Under the pieces are notes generated by a model, which saw only the letters and a list, made by a program, of their open reading frames with translations, ran no database searches and was not told where the DNA came from. Shown one piece after another: positions 39,892-48,523 of a DNA stretch of 64,000 bases. Origin of the DNA: a candidate division WOR-3 bacterium (lineage in GTDB: Bacteria > Hydrothermota > Tepidihabitantia > SM23-42 > JAOAFX01); contig JBBILZ010000001.1 in assembly GCA_037444665.1 (NCBI GenBank), positions 46,869 to 110,868 of the forward strand. The letters run 5' to 3'. The position numbers were made by a program, and so were the translations under genes. The stretch's first letter is position 1. Each line of letters begins with the position of its first letter.

Positions 39892-40397
39892 TCCTTTAAT
39901 AAAATTCTTAATTTTCTAATCGCCTGAAAATGATTTGCCTTTGCAGCGCCTGAAGAGATTCCCATTATCTCTCCAATCTCATCAAATGTATATCCTTCAT
40001 AGTGTCTGAGGATAAAAGCCATTTTCTGGCGTCCAGGTAACTTGGCAAGGGCGTCATCTATTGCCTTTTTTAACATCAGATTCCTCTCTCCAGGATTTGG
40101 TATTGAACTATCAATTTCCAGTTCGTCATGCGATTTTCTTTTAAATGAAATACAGGTATTAATGGTAATACGATAGAGCCAGGTAAAGAATTTACTCCTT
40201 TCATCAAATTTTTTAAGATTTCTATAAACCTTTGTAAAAACTTCCAGTGTGAGTTCCTGGGCATCTGCCTCATTTCTAACATACCGATAACAGATTGAGT
40301 AAACAGGATGTTTATACATTTCAAATAGCGAATCAAATGCCTTTTCATCACCATTTTTATATCTTCTGACCAATAATAATTCTTCATTATCATTCAT
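39882..40397 (-). CDS. ECF sigma-70 factor
   Basis: GDEKAF, FFTWLYRI, LPGRQK...YTFDEIG; likely ATG 40397. Confidence 0.93.
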   Translation of the reverse strand: MNDNEELLLVRRYKNGDEKAFDSLFEMYKHPVYSICYRYVRNEADAQELTLEVFTKVYRNLKKFDERSKFFTWLYRITINTCISFKRKSHDELEIDSSIPNPGERNLMLKKAIDDALAKLPGRQKMAFILRHYEGYTFDEIGEIMGISSGAAKANHFQAIRKLRILLKDWI

Positions 40398-40405
40398 TAT
40401 ATTTT

Positions 40406-40430
40406 GACGCAATTGATTATCCTGTGGTTT
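40406..40430 (-). promoter_or_regulatory. putative autoregulatory ECF promoter
   Basis: AAAC-N17-CGTC ending 8 nt before ATG 40397. Confidence 0.5.
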
Positions 40431-40522
40431 AATCCGCTAAACAATAATAATTATTGGTCTTGATGTCTGAATAACCTGAAGATTGACAAATTGGTGGAAT
40501 TTTAATGTTAATTAATGCAAAT

Positions 40523-40696
40523 TTAATAATCCTCCTCGGTATAAGGCTCAAATTGCTCTTTCTCAGCACCACATTCAGGGCACACCCAATCATCAGGAAG
40601 CTGTTCAAAAAGTGTGCCTGGTTCAACACCATTATCTGGATCCCCGTATTCAGGGTCATAAATATAGCCGCAAATAGTGCATTGCCATTTGCCCAT
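40523..40696 (-). CDS. rubredoxin (57 aa; missing from ORF track)
   Basis: [65 protein letters not shown]; promoter at 40719-40746. Confidence 0.97.
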   Translation of the reverse strand: MGKWQCTICGYIYDPEYGDPDNGVEPGTLFEQLPDDWVCPECGAEKEQFEPYTEEDY

Positions 40697-40764
40697 TATA
40701 CCTCCTTTAAAGCAGTCTATTATATTTATTAATTTATACCTGTCAATACAAAAATAATACTAAT

Positions 40765-41109
40765 TTATCTGTGTTGAGGACATATTACTGCACCATTTTC
40801 AGAATTATATATATATGTCTGCCCGGTCACCGGACAAAATGTTTCCTGAGCACTGATATCATTCAAGTCTTCAAGTTTTTCTGGATATTTACCATTCTCT
40901 GTATAATATATTTGTATTGCCATTTCTATTTTTCGTAGCTGTGCCTGGCACTGTAAAATATTTGCCCTTTCTGGCGGTGATACTGCAGCCTGATTTTCTC
41001 GGCTTCCCCGTGTATATATTATACCGGCTTTATAGACCAGTACTGCTACAATAATCAGTGCAATGATGAGCACAAGAAATGCATAAGTCCTCGCTATTCC
41101 TCTTTTCAC
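40765..41109 (-). CDS. pilin / pseudopilin-like small protein
   Basis: Likely GTG 41109; KRG followed by a hydrophobic helix; C...LRKIEMAIQIYYTENGKYPEKL...CP...CPQH. Confidence 0.65.
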   Translation of the reverse strand: MKRGIARTYAFLVLIIALIIVAVLVYKAGIIYTRGSRENQAAVSPPERANILQCQAQLRKIEMAIQIYYTENGKYPEKLEDLNDISAQETFCPVTGQTYIYNSENGAVICPQHR

Positions 41110-41194
41110 AATGGTGATTATAAACAATTTATCATAAATGTCAATTATTGATTTAGCTGAGGTCTCTCCACTATTCTGATTTATCTTTCCAATT

Positions 41195-41216
41195 GTAGTT
41201 GCCCGATTTATCGGGC
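41195..41216 (+). repeat. REP-like hairpin
   Basis: GTAG-TT-GCCCGAT-TT-ATCGGGC. Confidence 0.7.
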
Positions 41217-41227
41217 GTAGATTAATT

Positions 41228-41257
41228 TTTAGGCATTTTGGACTTTTAGGCATTTTA
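41228..41257 (+). repeat. 30-bp repeat, copy 2
   Basis: Identical to 14303-14332. Confidence 0.9.
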
Positions 41258-41358
41258 ATTTTACAGGGCATAGATACCGGTATGGTTATTGGGCATGGTC
41301 TATTTAGTCTTTTTGGTCTATTTTGTTTCTCTGGTCTTTCTGTTTCTGTTATTTTCTA

Positions 41359-41386
41359 CATACTACTTACTACCTACTACCTACTC
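41359..41386 (+). repeat. CYTACTA heptamer tandem repeat x4
   Basis: catacta cttacta cctacta cctactc. Confidence 0.8.
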
Positions 41387-41466
41387 ATCCACCCATTCCC
41401 TGATTCTACTTGACACCCCTGTTAATACCATACTTGCCTGAAAGCCTTTTTTATGTAAAATTAACT

Positions 41467-42132
41467 ATGCCTGAGATAAATCATATAATTCCTGTTTACA
41501 AACCTGTTGGGCCGGCAACATTTGATATAATTAGAATCTTCAAGAAAAAAACCAATTACCAGGGCAAGATAGGCCATGGTGGTTCACTTGACCCATTTGC
41601 CTGTGGCGTTGTGCTTCTGCTCTTAGGAAAAGCAACCCAGCGATTTGAAGAAATATCATCATGGCAAAAAGTTTATATTGCTGGCGCCAGATTGGGCGCA
41701 ACTTCTACAACCGGAGATGTTGTAGGAGAAATAAAGACCGACCCATCCAAAAACCATTCCCAAATAGGACGCCATTTATTAGAAAATACCATAAAAAACT
41801 TCATTGGTGAAATAGAGCAAAAAGTCCCCATTTATTCAGCGGCAAAATTTCAAGGCACCCCGATGTACAAACTCGCGCGCAATGGCATTGAAATAGAAAA
41901 GACAAAAAAGGTAAAAGTTTACAATATTGAATTTATTTATTTGAAATATCCACTATTAACCCTGAAAATAACCTGTGCCGGTGGAGTTTATATTCGCCAG
42001 CTGATACAGGATATAGCTGACAAAATTGGTGAGAAGGCATTCTTATACTTCCTTGAACGTTGCCAGGTCGGTGAGTTTACAAAAGAAAATTGTATTAGTA
42101 TTGATAATTTTGATAAAATTACCATTCAATAA
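41467..42132 (+). CDS. truB: tRNA pseudouridine(55) synthase
   Basis: KIGHGGSLDPFACGV, PIYSAAK, GGVYIRQL; likely ATG 41467. Confidence 0.92.
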   Translation: MPEINHIIPVYKPVGPATFDIIRIFKKKTNYQGKIGHGGSLDPFACGVVLLLLGKATQRFEEISSWQKVYIAGARLGATSTTGDVVGEIKTDPSKNHSQIGRHLLENTIKNFIGEIEQKVPIYSAAKFQGTPMYKLARNGIEIEKTKKVKVYNIEFIYLKYPLLTLKITCAGGVYIRQLIQDIADKIGEKAFLYFLERCQVGEFTKENCISIDNFDKITIQ

Positions 42133-42670
42133 TCAAATCTTCTTCAGGAAAAAATTTTTTCTTTATAATGCGACAATATTGTTTATCCTGATAAAATTCA
42201 ATTTTATTTATTCTATAATTTATCTTTAAACCAAAATTCTTTGGTGCAATTATTACAAACTCAGCATTCATAATCGGTCTCCCCCATTTCTTGGTCGTTG
42301 TTGTAATGTATCTAAAATACCTTTTCTTCAATTTCTGGGAATAAGTAATCTTAAATGAATTTTCTCTTCCTGGTTCCATCTTCATAACAAAATAGATTCC
42401 ATTTGTATCCTTATCAAAGGGATAATGAAGTAAAATTGTATCTGGGTAATAATGGAATGAATCAACAGGGAAAGGATAGAAAAATTTTACAAATTTTACT
42501 GTTTTTGTAGCATTCTCAAAAAAATATTCACCTGTAACACACACATCCATTGTTCTTAATTCAATAAAAACTTTTTCCGCATAAAAATCAATCTCTATCT
42601 TCTTTCTACATTCAATAAAACTGAAGATTAAAAAAAATATAGTTAATATTAAATATCTGTTCCGCACCAC
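42119..42670 (-). CDS. hypothetical lipoprotein
   Basis: Signal peptide plus Cys; FFYPFP, YITTTTKKW. Confidence 0.65.
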   Translation of the reverse strand: MVRNRYLILTIFFLIFSFIECRKKIEIDFYAEKVFIELRTMDVCVTGEYFFENATKTVKFVKFFYPFPVDSFHYYPDTILLHYPFDKDTNGIYFVMKMEPGRENSFKITYSQKLKKRYFRYITTTTKKWGRPIMNAEFVIIAPKNFGLKINYRINKIEFYQDKQYCRIIKKKFFPEEDLIIEW

Positions 42671-42788
42671 ACATTATTATATATAAAAAATCCTTCATTT
42701 CAATTGAGACTTATCCATATTTTAGGTTTTTCTTATCATTGACGAATAAAAAAATTTGTGTATAATTCTCAAGAAAGGAGGTCAACCT

Positions 42789-42884
42789 ATGCCTTGTGGA
42801 AGAAAGAGAAAATTAAGAAAGATAAAGCGCCATAAATACAAAAAGAGAAGAAAGGCATTACGCCATAAAAAGAAATTAAGATAA
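42789..42884 (+). CDS. small basic protein, AURKAIP1/COX24 (bS22/mS38-like) family (missing from ORF track)
   Basis: MPCGRKRKLRKIKRHKYKKRRKALRHKKKLR; SD AAGGAGG; promoter TTGACG-N16-TATAAT at 42739-42766. Confidence 0.85.
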   Translation: MPCGRKRKLRKIKRHKYKKRRKALRHKKKLR

Positions 42885-42892
42885 ATAAAAAA

Positions 42893-43663
42893 TTAATTGC
42901 GGGTTCTTAAAATAATACCGCGTTTTGATGATTTGATAAAATTAATGATGATTTGGGATAACGGTCCAGAGTAATCTTTATCAAAAATATCTAAAATGTG
43001 TGATAAATTTTCTTTGGTTCTGTAGATAAGTCTGAACATATTCTTTATTTGTTCAATTTCTTTATTGGTAAAAGAACGACGCAATAATCCCGGTCTATTT
43101 ATACCAAAGATTCGTGCGCGATTCCCTCTCGCCATAAAAAATGGCGGAAGGTCTTTATTCAGGTAGGATTTAGCACCAAGCATTGCATACTTTCCAACAC
43201 GACAGAATTGATGGATTCCTGCAAGTCCACCAATATATGCAAAATCATCAATCTCAACATAACCACCTATCTGGGTGCCACTGGCAATTACTGTATTATT
43301 GCCAATCTTAACATTATGGGCAATATGGACATAGGTCATAATGAAATTATTGTTGCCGATTATAGTTTTGTTATTTGTGCCGGTTGCCCTTGATATTGTT
43401 GCATATTCTCTGATAATATTATTATCACCAATGATACACTCTGAATATTCACCATTAAAATGATAATCCTGAGGGTCTGTGCCTAATTGCGCTCCAGAAT
43501 ATATTTTATTATTTTTACCAATTCTTGTTCCCTTTTTTATCAAAACATAATTACCAATTTCTGTCCCTGCGCCAATTTCAACACCACTCTCAATAATCGT
43601 AAACCTACCCACCTTTACTGATTTATGAACCTTTGCCTTCTTACTGATAAAATCCCCTTTCAT
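42893..43663 (-). CDS. lpxA: UDP-N-acetylglucosamine O-acyltransferase
   Basis: Hexapeptide repeats, PQD, IREYATI, HIAHN, IHQFCRVG. Confidence 0.95.
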   Translation of the reverse strand: MKGDFISKKAKVHKSVKVGRFTIIESGVEIGAGTEIGNYVLIKKGTRIGKNNKIYSGAQLGTDPQDYHFNGEYSECIIGDNNIIREYATISRATGTNNKTIIGNNNFIMTYVHIAHNVKIGNNTVIASGTQIGGYVEIDDFAYIGGLAGIHQFCRVGKYAMLGAKSYLNKDLPPFFMARGNRARIFGINRPGLLRRSFTNKEIEQIKNMFRLIYRTKENLSHILDIFDKDYSGPLSQIIINFIKSSKRGIILRTRN

Positions 43664-43672
43664 TTTTTTCTA

Positions 43673-43714
43673 CCTACTACCTACTACCTACTACTTACTA
43701 CCTACTCCCTACTA
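43673..43714 (+). repeat. CYTACTA heptamer tandem repeat x6
   Basis: cctacta x3, cttacta, cctactc, cctacta; includes the fabZ TAG stop and fills the fabZ-lpxA gap. Confidence 0.9.
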
Positions 43715-44125
43715 TCCTTTAATTCCTGCCATAATCGTCGCTTCACAGACAAGCTCACCATTCACCTTTGCGGTTCCGGATATTTTCACAATTGTGCCCC
43801 GTTCCTGTAATAATTCTACTTCCATAACCAGCGTATCACCAGGTTTAACAATCTTCCTGAACCTTGCCTTATCAATACCCATAAATAATGGAATTGCACC
43901 TGAATATTTTCGTAACAGCATTACACCACCCGTCTGGGCAATCGCCTCAACGATCAAAACACCAGGCATTATGGGTTCTTGAGGAAAATGGCCCTTAAAA
44001 AAATATTCATCATCTTTTATTAATCTTTTTGCCACAATCTTTTTTTCACTCAGTTCCAGAACTTCATCAACAAATAAAAAGGGGTCGCGATGGGGTAAAA
44101 TGTTTTTTATATCGTTTATGTCCAT
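43712..44125 (-). CDS. fabZ: 3-hydroxyacyl-ACP dehydratase
   Basis: LPHRDPFLFVD, FKGHFP..PIMPGVLIVEA. Confidence 0.96.
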   Translation of the reverse strand: MDINDIKNILPHRDPFLFVDEVLELSEKKIVAKRLIKDDEYFFKGHFPQEPIMPGVLIVEAIAQTGGVMLLRKYSGAIPLFMGIDKARFRKIVKPGDTLVMEVELLQERGTIVKISGTAKVNGELVCEATIMAGIKG

Positions 44126-44161
44126 ACAATTCTCCTTTCTAAAAAGATCAAACCAAATAAA

Positions 44162-44983
44162 TTATTTTCCAACACATTTTTTCAGGTTAAGAACCTCATT
44201 GAGCTGGCAACCACATTCTCCAATTTTACAATAACCCCGGGGAACACCGTGGAAATCTGAACCACCAGTTACTAATAGACCATGTTTCATAGCAATCTCA
44301 TAGAAATCATCTTCGTGTTTGCGCGTATGTTCAGGATGCCAGACTTCAATACCCATAATCCCATCATTTATTAACTTATAAACCAATTCACTATTCCCTA
44401 TCATTCCGGGATGTGCCACAACTGGAATACCACCCCATTCTTTTATTTTTTGAATGATTTTTTTGGGGTTAAGTTCTTTCTTGGGCACATAATATGGGCT
44501 GTGGTATCCAAGATAACGATGAAATGCTTCATTACGGTTATGTACATAGCCACATTCTAATAATGCCTCTGCAATATGTGGCCTGCCCATTGAGCTATTT
44601 TGAGCAATCTGTTTTACCAGGGAAAAATTAACCTTTATCCCATCCTGCGCAAGATTTTCAACAATCTTTTTTGCCCTTTTAATACGATATTCTCTAAACT
44701 CAGCAAGATAACTTAATAGTTCTGCAGAATGATGATTAATATAATAACCAAGAATATGGATATCTTGATGGCCAATATTAGCGCTAAATTCAACAGCCGG
44801 AATAATATTTAATCTGCCTTTTGCCTGAGTGATTGCCTCATCAATACCTGCCACAGAATCATGGTCAGTGATTGCAATGACCGATATTTGGGAATTTATT
44901 GCGATACCAACGATTTCTCCTGGTGTATATACTCCATCTGAATATGAAGTATGGATATGTAAATCCGCGTAGTAATCAGTCAA
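44162..44983 (-). CDS. PHP-domain phosphoesterase
   Basis: DLHIHTSYSDG, ITDHD, HILGY, GRPHIA, GGSDFHG. Confidence 0.92.
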   Translation of the reverse strand: MTDYYADLHIHTSYSDGVYTPGEIVGIAINSQISVIAITDHDSVAGIDEAITQAKGRLNIIPAVEFSANIGHQDIHILGYYINHHSAELLSYLAEFREYRIKRAKKIVENLAQDGIKVNFSLVKQIAQNSSMGRPHIAEALLECGYVHNRNEAFHRYLGYHSPYYVPKKELNPKKIIQKIKEWGGIPVVAHPGMIGNSELVYKLINDGIMGIEVWHPEHTRKHEDDFYEIAMKHGLLVTGGSDFHGVPRGYCKIGECGCQLNEVLNLKKCVGK

Positions 44984-44995
44984 TTTTTATAATAA

Positions 44996-45808
44996 CTAAG
45001 TTAGGTCAAGGTCATGACATACATCAGTGACAATCTTTTCATCAACCATCTCTTTTTTTAAAAGAAATCCTTCAAGTAATGCATTATCACATATTGCATT
45101 TATCATTCGCGGAACACCTTTTGAAAATTGATAGATACTTTTCATTGCCCCACCCGTAAATAATGGACGGGAACAACCAGCAACACGAAGACGATGGACA
45201 ACATAATTTTGCGTGGTTTCTTGGTCAAGTGCCTCAAGCACACATCTGACAGCGACCCTCTGGTATAATGCCGGGTCAAGTTTAAGATAATCTTCCATTT
45301 CTGGTAAACCAAACAGAATAAAATTCAAAAGTTTACCCCGTTCAGATTCAAGATTTAAAAGCCCGCGGATCTCTTCCATTAAATCCTTTCTCTGTAACAT
45401 ATTCGCTTCATCAATAAGGATAACCACTTTTTTATTCTTACCCATCAGGTCAAGTAATCTATGGTAGACCGCGGTTATTATTTCAATTTTGTTTTCTGAA
45501 TCCACTGGTGTCTCCAGCATCAGTGCAATCTTCTTTAAGAACCAGAGGGATGTTATTTCAGAATGAATAATAACCAGAAGTGTTGCCTCAATATTATTGG
45601 AAATCAACTGGTCAAGCAGCCGTCGGGAAAGTGTTGTCTTACCAGTTCCGATATCACCAATCAGTAATGCCAGTCCTTTCTCAGTTTCAACCGCATGGGT
45701 TAATTTTGCCAGTGCCTTGGCATGCTGTGGTGAATTATAATAAAATTTTTCATCTGTAGTAAAACTGAATGGATGTTCTTTTAATTTATAAAAACTTTCA
45801 TATCCCAT
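44996..45808 (-). CDS. ExeA/GspA-like AAA ATPase (ATPase domain only)
   Basis: PF...D..FYY.S..H, GDIGTGKTT, LIDEAN, GVPRMINAICDNALL. Confidence 0.9.
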   Translation of the reverse strand: MGYESFYKLKEHPFSFTTDEKFYYNSPQHAKALAKLTHAVETEKGLALLIGDIGTGKTTLSRRLLDQLISNNIEATLLVIIHSEITSLWFLKKIALMLETPVDSENKIEIITAVYHRLLDLMGKNKKVVILIDEANMLQRKDLMEEIRGLLNLESERGKLLNFILFGLPEMEDYLKLDPALYQRVAVRCVLEALDQETTQNYVVHRLRVAGCSRPLFTGGAMKSIYQFSKGVPRMINAICDNALLEGFLLKKEMVDEKIVTDVCHDLDLT

Positions 45809-45824
45809 ATTTTAATACCACCTT

Positions 45825-47690
45825 TCATAGATATGTTACCTTGGATTTTTTAGGCTTTGGTGCTTCTTCGGGTGGTGTTACCCTTACCTCCTTTGCCGGT
45901 GGTGCGGTTTGCGTCCGTTTTTTTAATTCCTCAGTGAGTTTATCTTTTAGTTCATTTATTTTTTTCAAAAGGTCAGGCACACTCTTATCAATATTCGCCG
46001 CATTTATATACGATTTGATTGCCATCTTCAAATTCTTTTGCATCTCATACGCATTACCTAAAAGAAAGTGGAGCCCAAAATATTCGGCAGCGGGCCTTTT
46101 TGGTATTGTTAATCCTTCATTCAATATCTTAATCGCTTCATCAATCTTATTTTTTTCTATCAGACAGGATGCAATCATCTCATACGATTTTAATTTTAGA
46201 TTATCATCCTTTGTTGCAATTTCAAATTCTTCTATTGCTTCCTGATGTAATCCCATCCCTTTATAAGCCACACCAAGGTCATAATGTGAACGATAATCAC
46301 CCTCACCAATAGATTCAAATACTTCTTTACGAAACTGTGATATTAATTCGTTGATATTCTGAATGCTGGACGGCGCCTTTTCTCTTTCAATCTCTGTCCT
46401 CAATACCTGTCCCAGGTCAATAAATTCTCGCGCCTTTGCCTCCTCCTCAATCAAACTCTGGGCAATTGCATTTTCCGGGTCCATTTCCAGAACTTTTCTT
46501 AAGATTGATTGGGCTTCAGTCCTTGCCTCACGCCGATTTAATGTCTCTGCAAGGTCCAGCATAAAATCTATCTGCATTGATTTATTATTCTGTAGTTTTG
46601 CAATTTCAACAAGACGCTGTCGGGATTTTAAATCAAGCGGCCGTAAATCTGCAACTTTTTTATATAGTTCTAATGCCTGCGTATATTCACCTTCTTTAAA
46701 AGCCATTTCAGCAGCATCGCGAAAACAACTGATCGCTTCTTCTTGCTCCCCGAGATTAAGGTAAATTTCTGCCAGTTGCCGGGTTTCGGCAATCTCAGAG
46801 AGTTCCTCAACTTCAACAGGCTCTTCTTCCACAACTTCAACTTTTGGTGGTTCTTTGACCTCTACCTCATCCTTGAGCAATCCCGCAACTTCAGGCGAAA
46901 CAAAATCATCCAGGGATAATTCTTTTTTCTCTGGTTCAGGAACCACCTGTTCCACAACTGGTTCAGGTTCAAGCACTTTCTCTTCAACCTCAGGAACTTT
47001 AATTTCTTCTACAGGAGGTTTTACCTCAGGCAATACTACTTCAACTGCAGGGGCAGGTTCTTCTTCTATTTTTGTGCTGAGAGGCTCAACCACTTTCGGT
47101 GTTTCAACTTCTGCAGGAGTAATCTGAGCAGTGACGGTCTCCTTTAATTCTTTTTGTTTGGTCTCAATCTGCTCTGCCGCTTTACGCAAACCTTCACCCT
47201 GTTCTTTCTTCCCAATTTTTTCATAAATCGCGGAGATAGTCTGAATGATCTTATAATTATTGGGCACCAGGTCCTTTATTGATTCATATGTTTTTAATGC
47301 TGCATCAATTTCATTATTCTGCATTTTTCGGTCGGCATATTCAAGATAATAATTTGCCGCTTCAACATACTGCCCTAATTCCTTATGCAATTCACCAAGT
47401 AAATTATAAATTTCAATACGCTCTTTATCAAGCCTCAAAATTTTTTTACAGAGTGCAATTGCATTGGGATAATAGGTCTCTTCGGCAAGAACATACGCAC
47501 CTTTTTCGTATATATCAATGGCCTCTTTCTGACGGTTTACTTTAATGTATAGGTCGCCCAATTTATTAAATAGTGAACCTTCTCTGGGAAATTCCTGAAC
47601 CGCCTTCTCCAGTTCTACAATCGCCTTATTAATCTCACCTTTTGCCTCTAATTCGGCGATTGTCCTTTTTATTGCACCTAAATCAGCCAT
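45825..47690 (-). CDS. cytoplasmic TPR protein with E/P/V-rich linker
   Basis: TPRs; HYDLGVAYKGMGL motif; ends KVTYL. Confidence 0.85.
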   Translation of the reverse strand: MADLGAIKRTIAELEAKGEINKAIVELEKAVQEFPREGSLFNKLGDLYIKVNRQKEAIDIYEKGAYVLAEETYYPNAIALCKKILRLDKERIEIYNLLGELHKELGQYVEAANYYLEYADRKMQNNEIDAALKTYESIKDLVPNNYKIIQTISAIYEKIGKKEQGEGLRKAAEQIETKQKELKETVTAQITPAEVETPKVVEPLSTKIEEEPAPAVEVVLPEVKPPVEEIKVPEVEEKVLEPEPVVEQVVPEPEKKELSLDDFVSPEVAGLLKDEVEVKEPPKVEVVEEEPVEVEELSEIAETRQLAEIYLNLGEQEEAISCFRDAAEMAFKEGEYTQALELYKKVADLRPLDLKSRQRLVEIAKLQNNKSMQIDFMLDLAETLNRREARTEAQSILRKVLEMDPENAIAQSLIEEEAKAREFIDLGQVLRTEIEREKAPSSIQNINELISQFRKEVFESIGEGDYRSHYDLGVAYKGMGLHQEAIEEFEIATKDDNLKLKSYEMIASCLIEKNKIDEAIKILNEGLTIPKRPAAEYFGLHFLLGNAYEMQKNLKMAIKSYINAANIDKSVPDLLKKINELKDKLTEELKKRTQTAPPAKEVRVTPPEEAPKPKKSKVTYL

Positions 47691-48511
47691 TATTCAAATT
47701 TTAATCCCAAATTGCTAATAACCCTTTCAATAACTGTTTCATCTATGGTCTGTTTACGCTGAACATACCCCTCAACAAGGGCATTATCACAAATGATATT
47801 AACAAGCCTTGGTCTACCATCTGAGTATCGGCAGATGATCTCCTGAGCCATAGGAGTAAATATCTGACGTTGGGCACCGGCAATACTGAGTCGGTGCGAG
47901 ATATATGCCCTTATGGTCTCGCTACCCAATGGTTTTAATTTTACCTTTATTGCAATCCGCTGATGTAATGCCCGATTCATAATAAGAAACGATTCTAATT
48001 CAGGCAGACCGCTTAATATAAAGGATATCAATCTGGTATCCGCAATCTCTAAGTTTAATAATCCCCTTATCTCTTCAAGAATTTCAGGGCTCTTAAGTTT
48101 ATTTGCCTCATCAATTATAATAATTGTCCTTTCATTGCGGCGATAAATTTCTCTAAGCCTGCTTGATATCCGCGAAATTATTTCGGTGGTTGATGTGCCA
48201 AGGTCGCTCAGACCAATTAGATTTGCAATTTTAGTGAATAACCACCCTGCCGGGATCTCTGAGTGAGTTAATACAAGTAAACCTGCTTTATACTTACCCA
48301 GACTATGCAGTTCCGTAAGTAATTTACGGACCAGCATTGTTTTACCAGTTCCTATATCTCCCAATAATATTGCCAGACCTCTCGCGCCTCGTGCTGCATG
48401 TAATAAATACTCCTTCGCAAGTGCATGTTGAGGTGAATTAAAATAAAATTTAGGATCCGGGAGATTTGCAAACGGTTCAAATTTTAATTGATAAAATTCC
48501 TGATATCCCAC
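47690..48511 (-). CDS. ExeA/GspA-like AAA ATPase (paralog)
   Basis: GDIGTGKT, IIDEAN, GRPRLVNIICDNAL. Confidence 0.9.
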   Translation of the reverse strand: MGYQEFYQLKFEPFANLPDPKFYFNSPQHALAKEYLLHAARGARGLAILLGDIGTGKTMLVRKLLTELHSLGKYKAGLLVLTHSEIPAGWLFTKIANLIGLSDLGTSTTEIISRISSRLREIYRRNERTIIIIDEANKLKSPEILEEIRGLLNLEIADTRLISFILSGLPELESFLIMNRALHQRIAIKVKLKPLGSETIRAYISHRLSIAGAQRQIFTPMAQEIICRYSDGRPRLVNIICDNALVEGYVQRKQTIDETVIERVISNLGLKFE

Positions 48512-48523
48512 TTAACCTCCTGT

